Shown: one piece after another, positions 21,001 to 33,300 of the stretch
Numbering within the stretch: the stretch's first letter is position 1
Layout of the letters: each line of letters begins with the position of its first letter
From: Azolla caroliniana
Taxonomy: Eukaryota > Plantae > Polypodiophyta
Assembly (NCBI GenBank): GCA_043228905.1
Contig: JBHGNT010000004.1
Span: 7,626,001-7,690,000, forward strand
Length of the DNA: 64,000 bases
Direction: 5' to 3'
Program-made: the position numbers and the translations under genes
The notes under the pieces: model-generated
What the model was told of the DNA's origin: nothing
What the model saw: the letters and a program-made list of their open reading frames with translations, nothing else
The model's database searches: none

Positions 21001-24000
21001 CTCCTACGGCGTGAGAAATATCAGGCCGTGTCGCGACCATCAGGTACATAAGGGAGCCGACTGCCGGTGCATACGGTACCGACTTCATATCTTCCCCCTC
21101 TGGGCCGGATGTCGGGCAGTCTCGCTGAGAGAGCCGAAGATTCATTGGGAGCGGGGTTGAGGCAGATTTGGCTGATTGCATGTTGAAGCGTTCCAAGACA
21201 CGTCCGATATAGTCGGTCTGAGACAAAAAAAGATGTCGTTTGTCGCGATGCCGACTAATCTTCATGCCGAGTATGTGTCGTGCCGGACCGAGGTCCTTCA
21301 TGGCAAACTTCAACCGCAGTTGCCGAATGAGATCGGCAAGTTCGCCCGCGTGGCGTCCAGAAATTAGCATGTCGTCCACGTAAATGATGAGGAAGATGGG
21401 TGATCCATCTTGAGCTGTGTTGGTGAAGAGACAATGGTCCTCATCGCTTTTTGAGAAGCCGATCGATTGGATGAAGTCGTCGAACTTCTTGTACCATTGT
21501 CGTGGTGCCTGTTTGAGGCCGTATAGACTCTTCCTGAGTCGGCAGACTAGATGTTCTTGGCCAGTAGCAACGAAGCCTTTTGGCTGCTCCATATAAATTT
21601 CCTCTTCAAGATCACCATGGAGGAATGCTGTTTTGACATCTAGCTGAATCAGCTCCAGGTTGTCGGCTGCCACTACGCCGAGTAGAAAACGAAGGGTTGT
21701 CATTTTCACCACTGGTGAAAAAATCTCGTCGAAGTCGACGCCATATTCTTGTCGGAAGCCCTTCGCAACTAATCTGGCCTTGTACTTTGGGGTGGTCGAA
21801 TCAGACGTCTCTTTTAGTCGATAAACCCACTTGCAAGGAAGAGCACGTCGGTTCCTAGGTAATTCGACCAGATCCCAAGTCTTGTTTGCCCGAATGGAGT
21901 GCATTTCCGACTCCATCGCCAGATGCCAGGTGGCTGAATCGACAGATGTCGATGCTTCTTCGTAAGACGTCGGTTCGCCGGCGTCGGTGAAGAAAACTCC
22001 AGGAGAGTACCTCTCCGGAGGTTGCGACAGTCTCTCGGATCGTCGAGGTAAGATTGGACTGGTCGCATCGGGTATCAAGGTCGGATGGTCCGAAAGCGGA
22101 TTGTTCTGCTGTGCCGAGTCGGAGTTGTCCGAGTCGGTGGTGTAAGGTTCAGCTACCCGTGAAGCTGACCGTGTGTTGAGAGCAGGGCCTTCTTGAAGGG
22201 TCGGCACATCGGAAAACGTTACCCTTCGGACTTCGATCGATTTTTCGACTGATGGATTCATAGCCGACTCGTTGAACACAACGTCCGAACTTCGAACGAT
22301 TTGCCTGCGTTCGGGGTCCCAGAGTCGGTATCCCATTTCGCCGTCGGATCCATATCCAAGGAAAATGCATTTCCTGGACCGCGGTGCAAGTTTTCGGCGA
22401 TCATCTTTCGGAATAAGGGCGTACGCCTCGCATCCGAAGATCCTCAGCTTGTCGTAATTCGGCTTGCTGCCGATCCATAGTTCCTGAGGAATTTGAAGTC
22501 CTAGAGGTCTACTTGGCGACATATTGATTATGTGTACTGCCGTGAGTAGAGCCTCTGCCCAGAAGCCATCCGACAGTCCGGAGTGTTGGAGCATGGAAAC
22601 TATCCGTTCTTGGATTGTCCGATTCATGCGTTCGGCAATCCCGTTTTGCTCCGGACTGTGTGGTGCCGTAAATTCACGTCGGATGCCGCGTTGTCGGCAG
22701 AATTTGACGAATTCTTCGGATTTGAACTCTCCCCCATTGTCTGTCCGAAAGCATTTCAGCTTTCGGTCGGTTTGATTTTCTACCATAGCGAGCCAATCGG
22801 TGAAGATCGAGAAGACCCGATCTTTGGTGCGAATTGGATAAGCCCACACCTTTCGAGTCGAATCGTCAATAAAAGTGACGAAGTAAGAGGCACCGCCGAG
22901 AGACTGATGCGGCATTGGGCCACAGACGTCCGAGTGGACCAGATCGAGAGGTCTCGTTTCTCTTGGTGCTGATGTCGGGTGTGATGCGGCTACTTGTTTG
23001 CCATACTGGCAATGCTCGCAGAATTGATGGTCGGAGAAGGAGAGTTTGGGGATGTATCCGGCTCTAGATAGGTGCGTGATGCCGGCCTTGCTTAGGTGTC
23101 CTAATCTTCGGTGCCATAGTGATGACACAGGAATATCCACCAAAAACAGGTTACCCTCTCTGAGCGTAACATGTAACGGATACAGGGAGTGTATCTTGGG
23201 TCCTCTAGCAAGCAGGAGGTTCCCCCTGTGGAGTGTCCACCCTCCCGAAGAAAAACCGGCACGAATGCCGTCTTCATCTAGTTGTCCGACTGAGATCAAT
23301 GGCCTTGAGAGCTCGGGTACATGTCGGACATTGTGGAGTACAAGTGTAGAGCCACCTGCAAGGTTGAGCTCTACTGTGCCGATTCCGATGATGTCACAGT
23401 GTTGTGAGTTGCCGACTCGAACTGAGTCGGAGTGACGGATCGTATATTGCCGAAATTGGGATCGATGAGGAGTCACGTGAAATGATGCGCCCGAATCTAA
23501 GAGCCATGTGCTCGATTCTTCAGTTGTGAGTAGAACTTCTGATCCGACTGGATTTTCGATTGATAGTATATTCGGGTCGTCTGGTAGCACATCAGCTGAG
23601 GAGCTGACGTAATTGATCTCCTCATGCCGGCCACTCTTCTTGTAGTTCTTGTTCTTGAGTGCGCGGCAGTCGGCTTTGATGTGTCCGGGTTTCTTGCAAT
23701 AGTTGCAGATTCGGTTATCCCGTGACTGGCTCCGTCTTCGCTGATTGTTCGGCGGCCGTGAGGAATCTCTTCCTCGTATGTTCGATCGGTCTGTCGAACC
23801 TTGTACTACGTAAGCGTCGTCTGTTGAGTCTTTGGCGAAAGACTTTCTCCGAGCTGCTTCGGTCAGGATTGCGCTCGTGACTTCGGAGTATTTAACAGCC
23901 GTGGTTGACGCGTTGCACACGGTTGTGACGAAAGTTTCCCATGATGAGGGAAGGCTGCTCATGAGTATCATTGCTCTGAGTTCATCCTCAATTGCCGTCC

Positions 24001-25192
24001 CCTGTGACGAGATTTGGGAGCTTATGCTTTCGTACTCATTGAGGTGTGCTTGAACCGAATCGGATTCTTTCATCCGCAAGTTGTAGAGGCGCCGGATCAG
24101 AAACATCTTCGTTGCGGCGACCTTCTTTTCGTAAGTGTCCGACAGTGTTTTCCACAGTTCGAATGCTGTCGTACACGATTGCACCGTAAAGTATACCGAT
24201 TCCGATAGGTGCATCCGAATCGTGGCGCGGACAATTCTGTCCAGCTTCTGCCACTCAATCGGTTTGTATCCTTCTGGAGGTTCTTCATTTTCGATGGGAT
24301 CGATTTGCCCCTTGACTATGAGATAGTCCTGCATTTGCTCCTTCCAGAAGTTGAAGTTCGATCCATCGAACTTTCGTAGACTCATTTCTGACGAGCCGGA
24401 TGTTGATGCCATCAAATTTGGTGTCGGTTAACGAAGCTCGGTTCGGAGTTGACTACGAACCTTGTTGGAGTGCAGCCGGTTGGCTCACCCGATATCGTTC
24501 TAGTCGGATTTGAACCTGAGTCGGTTCGGCTTCGAATATATGTATTGTTGAACTTGCTCGAATTGACTCCGGTAACTTGAGGGACAGAACCGACTGGTCT
24601 TCCCGAATGGTTCCGAGTCGAAGTGAGCCCGGTTCGCTTCGGATATATATGCCGAATACCGATTATTGAAACCGATTATCTGGACCGATTCTGCTTCGGG
24701 TGGCTGCAGCGACGAGAGAGACAGATCCAACTGATCCTCTCGAATGTCGATCAGCCGGATGAAGCACGAATTGGGGTTGTTGTCTTGAGACCGATCTGCA
24801 CCGAGTGGTTACAACGAGCGGCGAGCAGCGTTTGTTGACTACTTCGGATGCCGTTTAACCGAATGGAGCACGATCGTGTCAATGATACACAAGGGGATTT
24901 CACCTCGAGCGGTTACGATCACAAGGAACAGAGTACAACCTGATGGCTTACTCCAAGCAAGAGGATCTAACGCGATGAGGTGCAAAACCTCGTTTTTTTT
25001 TTTTTGTTCTTCTTCTCTCTTTTTCGAATGACGCAGGAAACCGAATGCTGAGACGACGGCCGACAGCGGATTGAAGGACCGACTACTGTGCAGGCTCTGA
25101 TACCAGATGTTGTAGAGAAAGTCGTCTGTGCGGAAGATCAAGAAGCATTCGATTGCTGTTGAGTACCTGCGTATGACAGTTTCTATGTCGTT

Positions 25193-25230
<38 letters not shown>

Positions 25231-27296
25231 GCACGAAAGACTTTCTTATTTCCCAAAGCAATAATACAACAACCAACCTTACAAAAAGGTTACAAGGTCA
25301 CTATATATAGTGACCGACTTAGGGCAACTACCCTTTATGCTAATTACATAAATGGCCAAAACGGGATAGTGTGAATACGTCCATTATACACATGTATTCG
25401 ACAAGGACCATTGTCAAATGTCTTGGAGGTTGTCAATAAAGTGAGTAGTTTTCTTTGGAGAACTTCTACATCATATCTTAAAATATAGTAATATATCTTT
25501 CTTCTTCTTCCAATGCTCTTAATGATAATAAAGCAAAGGAAGTTACTTAAGGCAAGCAAGCAAGCAAACTATTGAATAAATACTTAACTAAGAATGGGCC
25601 CCAGACATTGCAAAGGGGTTACATGAGATTGGACGATAGCAATTTGTCTTGCATGTAAGCCCCCCGTGCTCACGATAAAGAAAATCGGATAGGCTTCAGG
25701 AAGGCCAAAAAAGCGGCACGAAATAACATCGGGATTCCGAAAGTATACACTTAAGATAGATCTAGAACAAGACCCGAATCCCACCATAAGTGGCAAACCC
25801 CATGCCTTCATGAACCATGATCTGACCACGCTTGTCATCGATAGTTAAAAGGCCATTATCTCTTTCCATCGCAGATGCTTCCTCACTTCGAAGATCTCGT
25901 CATTCTGGATGGACTCATCTGAAGACAAAAATTAGAAACTATCTAATTTGAGAATCTTGAACGTAAAGATAACAGAAATCTTTAGCCATTTTTTTATTAT
26001 TGAAAGTTTTAATTAGTTAAATTTGTTTAGCCATTTTTATTTTTATTTAAACTTTCAATTAGTTACATTTGTTTAGCCATTTATTTTATTTTTATTGATT
26101 TAGTTATTTTTAGTTTTTGGAAAAAAAGTTACATTTGTTTGGTTTGTTGGTTTAATATAGGGAAAAGTACCAGGATACCCCTGGAAGTTTGTCTATTTAC
26201 CAGAATACCCCTGAAAGTTCTAAATTTACCAAACTACCCCTATATCCAAAAAAATACATTCTATAAAGTAAATATACACTCAAATGTACAAGCCATATTT
26301 ACCAAACTACCCTTAAACCTAGACTTTTTTACCATAGGGCTAGTTTGGTAAATTTGGCTCATAAATCATATCCCCCTCAAACCCTCCACATCCCCATCAT
26401 ATCCCCCTCGAACCATATCCATCGTCCTCATCATCATCTTCACCATACTCATCTTCCTCTTCGACATCTGCCTCATCACCACCACCACCACCATCATCAT
26501 TAGGAATTTCCTCCCCCAATTTACCATCTCTTCACACGACAGCAGCTCTCTGCTAACCTAGACATCTCCATCGACCTTTTCGAAGCTTCGTATCCATGGC
26601 GGTGCAGGATATTATTGCATCGGAGAAGAAGAAAATTGTGGTAAGGATAGCCAAAAAACATCGTGGCCACCACATCGTCTTTCTGAGGGAAGCTTTAACC
26701 CTAGCTCTAATTCCTTTGATCATCACCACGAGCACGAAGATACGGCCATCAAATGGGGTATCCCTTAGACCCTACGCATCAGAACCATCATGCCGCAGTA
26801 AAGGGGAAGCAACATGGTGATCTATCCAAAGTATCGACTTTGGATTACCTTTCTGATTCGGACCTGTCTTCCACTCGGATAAACTCTATCGGTGGGGTGG
26901 ATCCTGATTTTACTCGGATTAAGGCTTCGACCAATGATCAAATCAAGTTAATGTGTAGCTTCGGTGGAAAGATCATGTCTCGGCCAATGGATGGGAAGCT
27001 CCCATATGTAGGAGGAGATACTCACATTTTGAATGTCATTAGCAAAGCCTCCTATTCTTCTCATCATGATCCACAATTCTATATGGCTGCAGAATCTCCC
27101 AAAAATACTCTAGGAAACAAAAATAGCTTGTAAATAGAAATATGTAGTCATGGACCAAAAATAATTTAATCCAAGGGATAAGATTTAAGAGTACTTAGAT
27201 TCTTATGTTGATCTAGCTATACATAGCTTCTCACCACAGACAATTGGTTATGAACCTCGCCTGAGAAGATCTAAAAATGACTACATATAAACACAA

Positions 27297-27359
<63 letters not shown>

Positions 27360-30300
27360 TGACCTTATGAAGACGATTGATGATGAACAAGAAAGGAGAG
27401 AAAACTACCCAAATAATCACTAAGTAAAGAATTTTCTGTTTGAAGGGTAGTTTGGTAAATATGGCTTGTACATTTGAGTGTATATTTACTTTATAGAGTG
27501 TATTTTTTTAGACATAGGGGTAGTTTGGTAAATTTAGAACTTTCAGGGGCATTCTGGTAAATAGACAAACTTCCAGGGGTATCCTGGTACTTTTCCCTTT
27601 AATATACCTCTCTTTCTTAGTTTACTAAGCATTTTAATTTTCTCAAGTTATTCCTTGAGCAGTATATTATGAATTAGTTTACACTATCAAAGATTCTAGT
27701 CTAGAAAAATGTTTATGTTTCCTATCGATCAATTAAGCTAAAATAGAGAAAGTTTAGAAACTGTGTGCAAGCTTAAATTTTACATGTTAATGCACAAAAG
27801 AAAAACAAATCGAATATGCAGGATCCGCTGATAAAACCGTGAAGTTTTGGGATCTCGAGACCTTTGAGTTGATTGGATCTGCTGGACCAGAGGTGTGTTC
27901 AAAATTCAAATTGATCTGTAGCCAAGGTTTTTGCATATTGTGTCATTTAAATGCAGGAAAACTCTGAAATACTGCCGTTTTTATTTCCCCAAGTATCTTA
28001 CATCCTCATTATTTTCCCAAATAATGGGATGCTGCTGAAAAACCAGGCCATGTTTCACAATCATATAAGTGTGTGATTTACCTATTTCTAAGCAGATGAC
28101 TGGTGTGCATTCTTTGGTATTCAACTCTGATGGACGGACATTGTTGGCGGGTTTACAAGAACACATGAAGGTGAGTTTTTAAGCTATATTATGATGGTTA
28201 ACTGTTTTTTTCAGCATTCTTTTGCTAAACTGGATAGAATCAATCAGGTCTTCTCATGGGAGCCTTTGAGATGCCATGATGTTGTAGATGTTGGTTGGTC
28301 GAAAATAGCAGACCTTACTATCCAGGAAGGGAAGCTACTTGGTTGCTCGTATAATAAGAGTAGTGTAGGCATCTGGGTGGTCGATTTATCAGTAAGTGTT
28401 AGCCATGTAAATATTTCTGTAGACTTGGACTGGTAACTCAAATGGGCCTTTTTATATTACAGCGCATAGACCCCTATGCTTTTGGCAGCCATGGTCCTTT
28501 CAAAGGCATACCAATTATCGAACAATCTTCTCAACAAATGATGAATGGGAGATTAAAGAGTAGCAATTTAGCACGAAATATCTCACCTTGTGATGTAGAG
28601 TCACCTGTGGGAGACATCAAGCTAAATACTACAAAGAAATGTATGTCTAAGAATTATGGCACCTGCTACACTATGCATAGCATTAGTTGCTATGTATGTC
28701 TTATAAGTGTTAATTTCTTTTTCAGTAGGAAACAGTCGCTTTTTAATGTATGCACCTATAGCTATAATGTATGTATGTATGTGTACGTGTATGTATTTAT
28801 GTATGCATGCATGTTTGAATGTATTAGTCTATTCATATTTCCGTTTGTATGTATGTATGTATACATGTATGGATGTTTGTATTAAATACGTATGCATGTG
28901 TATTTGGATGTCTGTGACTGCAAGGCACATTGGTAATTGTGGAAAAGGCTCCATTGAGCACTATTATTTAATCAACCAGAAGCCTTGACAATTACACCTG
29001 ATGTTGAACCGAGGAATAATATCTTGCATCAGAATGTATTTTCCTCATTCACATGTTTTGGATACTGGAACATCTAGACCTATACATACACGTCTTTGTT
29101 ATGCAAACTTTTCAACTTAGATGAAGAAGCTCCTATTTGGTTCTTCTACTTTGTCCAACAGTCCTATGACATGTTTACTAGCATTTTCTTTTGTAGTACT
29201 GGCACTTCATAATGAACATCTTCAATTTACTATTTCTGTGACTGTGAAATCTGACGTGTTTTTATTCGTAATGCCAATTCACATTCCTGATCTAAAAATG
29301 AGGCACAACTCCTCAAATGTTGATAGTGAATTTCTAAGCCATGTTGTTGGAGCTTTTATGATTCCATTGAACCTTATAAGACGGACATTTTGCAAACTCC
29401 TCACGTGTCTGTAAGATATAATTATCTAAACTTGGAGGTTATTTATTCCTGTATACATTTTCCAATCTTTAACCTCTTTACCCAGCCTCCAGTTTTTGGA
29501 GCTTGTATTTTGCGTCTCAAACTAATGTTTGATGATGCTCCAGGGCTTCAAAGTGTTTGTTGTATGTCAAATTAATTTTGCATGAATCATTTTACTCGAT
29601 AGATAGCACATAAAGCATTGGAATTTTGCCGTTCCATTGTCCTTCCTGTCTGTTATAAAGTTGTTACTTCAGATATGCTAGTATAGTCCATTATCATGTT
29701 AGTTTCGGAGAACTTTCAATATGCCATTATGAAAGCTTATACTACTTGGTAGTGAACCAAATACCCTTTGGACAATTTTTACGTGAATTTGGTTTACTAC
29801 CAATCATGTAGCTTGGTTCAAAGAGAAATCATAGAAGATTGGGTGTTAATTTGTGCAGAACTGCATACAATTATGCAGGCAAGACTATCCTTAGATGCCT
29901 TCATGTTGGGAACTTTTACTAGTATGAACAGTGATTTTTGAGAGAGAAAAGATCAGTTTTCTTTGATGTGGCTTTCAACCATTGACAAGTTTGTGCTTTT
30001 ATTTTCATTACAAAGCAGATAATGCTGCAGTCAGGGATGAAGATCAATATGTGAAAGCAATAGAAACTTCATGCATCGGTAAATGTTCTCTTTCCTGTGT
30101 CTCTAAACATGTTCACATTAGGTCTATAAGTCATTCTTGGGGATCTCAAATGCAGGTGGTGTAGAGATCAGGCAGGGACATTATGTAGCAAATGTAAACA
30201 ATAAGGACTCCATCGCAGAAAGAGGTATGGTGAGCATGCGAGAGCATGGATTGAGAGCATCTGGTGTTGATGCACATTCCTTTATTTTGGTATGTGACCT

Positions 30301-33300
30301 CTAGTTAATCTTTGACACCAAGTGAAACATTAGCCTTAAGGATTCCCGTGAGGAAGTTGTTTAATCATTTAAGGAATGATATATTACTTATAACTTCCCG
30401 TTTATAATTGAGACCGAGTAGGAACACTTTTAGGTGTAGATAAAACTAACTAACAGTCTGCAACTGGCAGTTCTTTGGCTGATTAAATGAAAGTTGTTTC
30501 AGCATGTACCTAAGAATTGTTATTGCTTTATAATTCCATTTGGCTGTGTGGTTCATGCTAAGATACAGAACTTCTTATGCTTCCTGAATCAGAGAAGGAA
30601 TCAGGGATCAATGGAGAAGGCTTCATCATTAACAATCGATGATGCCAAGATTATAGACAAGTTGATGGAGGATCACAACTCATTTACGAGTTCCATGCAG
30701 TCAAGATTGACAAACTTGCAGGTGAATACAGTGCATTCATATCCATGAATTGAGTTTCTAGTTTTCTCATCACTCTAGTAAGATCATACTGTATATAACC
30801 CATAACTGAGGGGAATACTGCAATTGTCTAGCTGTATATAACCCGTAACTGATTGTCTAATAGATAAATTGCATATATCCCATAACTGACTCCTGTAAAA
30901 TCTTATATAACCCATAACTAAGGGTTATATTTGTTAGATATAATTAATGATCAGCCCCAAGTTGTAAATCTATCCCCATATTTGCTCTTAGAGTGCACAT
31001 TTTGTGATAGCGCCCATAACTGACTCCTGTAAAATCTTATATCCCATAACTGACTCCTGTAAAATCTTATATAACCCATAACTAAGGGTTATATTTGTTA
31101 GATATAATTAATGATCAGCCCCAAGTTGTAAATCTATCCCCATATTTGCTCTTAGAGTGCACATTTTGTGATAGCGCCCCAAATGAGGAGCGGCTAGTGT
31201 GCAACTCGATCATATGGGTCGATAAGGTGTTTAATCTAGGAAACCGTAGATGCGTAGGACACAATGTATTTAGGAAAGAGAGAAATAGGTAATAGGATTG
31301 GCTAATCAAGTCAAATAGAATATTTTGTGGGCAAGTTATGATGTACTTAGTCTTGAAGTATGCGTCATTGACTTCAAGATAAGTACTATCTAGCACTAGC
31401 CTGTACCTAGGGCGTTGGTCATATTAAATGACAAGTCAGTTGACAGAAAAGGAATATCTTCACTACTATTAACTGACTTGCACATTTAATGTTATACTTA
31501 GACCAAACATAGAAAGCAATCCACTTTCTTTTCACAGTGGTCGGCTTGATTATCAGTCCCCACTAATTTTGTAGTGAGCTGGTCCATATCCTATCTAAGC
31601 TCTAAGGTGTGAGTGCATGGGAAAACTACCATTGTGAGCTACTCTCATATGTAATCGAAGTTTTGTTTTCATATATCCCATCTCTGTAGTTGTAACTCTA
31701 TATACTTATCCAATTGATTCTCAATATTTCTAACAATATTAACATCTATAATTGATGAAGTGTCCACCTCTACGAATTAATGACAAGCTTTGACCTAAAG
31801 TGAGTTATCAACTTGTTCAATCCCCGTGCAATCATCTGGTAAATGGGTAGATTTTATCCCAAATAAAGGTCCTTAAAAATAGGGCTCATCACTAGGGTAG
31901 AGAGACAAGTAGTTGTTTTTTAACATCCAGAGGAGACCAATGCACAATTTGTAGGATAGGGCGGCCCATGATGAGGATCAAAGTTGGGTTCCCTCTCTCT
32001 GTCTCTCGCGATAGAGCAAGTAGAGGAATGTTGATGATAATGTGGACCATGACTATTAGGATACAAGGCACATGGGTCATAACATCATTGCTCTCCATTT
32101 TAGTTCTGTTTCAGGAAACCGAGATGCTCTTGTTGAAGTTCATCATAGCCTTGTTCCATGTGCACCAACTAACCAACCTTAGATATGCTGTAGAATCACA
32201 AGTACTCACCATACATGAAGTTATGCACTTCTTCTTGAAACCCTTTCCAAAATTATTTTACAACATGTATTAAGATCATGATGATGGAACTTAGCAAACG
32301 TAGAGCTTTTATTTTTGTTTTAATATGGATGACATGAACTCACCAATATTTGTTCCACTGCACCAACCAACCAACACTACGTAACCTATGCACTTCATTC
32401 TTAAAACCCGTTTGCACGTAGTAAATCATTGGGTCCCAATACATAGTGAGGGAGAGAACATTGACAATTACTTAAATGATTTGTATAGACCTGAAGGACA
32501 TTAGGAATCTAACCTTTATGGTCTGCACCTTTTGTTTTGTTGTCGTGCTCTTTAGACATTGCTCTTTTGTATGACCCTTCTTTTTGCAGAATACGCAAAT
32601 GTTGTCGCTTACAATCGCGATCCATGAATTCGTTGGGTGTCTTGCGTTTCCCAGCGAACTGCGACTGCTTAGTCCCGGGCGCTTCGTTGGGTTTGTTGTG
32701 GTCCTTCAAAGTGCGTTGATAGCGAAGAACTATTTTAACGGCCTCTTCGAAGGATTTCGGATCCTTATCGTGCACTATCCAGTGAAAGTCCGAATTGGGG
32801 ATGCCATTGACAAAACAAGCTATTAACCAATTGTCCCCTTCTAGACCCAATTTTTGGATTTGGGTTCTAGCATGGTGGACATAGTCTTCTAGCGAGGAAA
32901 ACTTCCTGCTAGAGAGGTTCATTAAAGCTTGTGCTGCCTCGGTTCGAGAGGGAGGTTGCAGAAATTGGCCCTTGAAAACTGTGACAAAATCTGTCCAAGT
33001 ATCGGGCAATTTCCCCAAAGTTCAGAGCCCACGCCACCAGGCCCCCCTAGTTCTCGGTTGACATATGCAATCTTTGTACTATTTTCGTCCCATCGGCCCA
33101 GCCACATGCAGATTGCTTCTTCGTTTCTTTCCTTTTTTTCTCCCGTAAATGGGTTTACGACAAATGATGGTTCACCTTGACGCTCATCGGGTCTATTAGT
33201 GTCACGTTGTAAACTAATGACACATGCCTCGAGAGTACTTTGAGATTGCCGAAGTTCAGACATCTAATGAGTGGTTGAACTAAGGAAATTTTGTATTTAT

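Larger units (their letters stand above)
20261..25403 (-). mobile_element. Ty1/copia element (family C) in KTN80 intron 5, with a rearranged 3' end
   Basis: 5-bp TSD AGGAC (20256-20260 / 25404-25408); 5' LTR 25108-25403; tRNA-iMet PBS TGGTATCAGAGC at 25105-25094; only a partial 3' LTR remains at 20261-20452. Confidence 0.95.
26160..27597. mobile_element. Pack-MULE (Mutator-like, 1438 bp) carrying a PB1-domain gene fragment
   Basis: ~155-bp TIRs starting GGGAAAAGTACCAGGATACCCC, 9-bp TSD TTTAATATA (26151-26159 / 27598-27606), and no transposase. Confidence 0.93.

Noticed and set aside
30790-31179. CRISPR-like repeat-spacer pattern
   Set aside because: Eukaryotic intron; the intervening sequences are themselves duplicated and irregular, and there are no cas genes.
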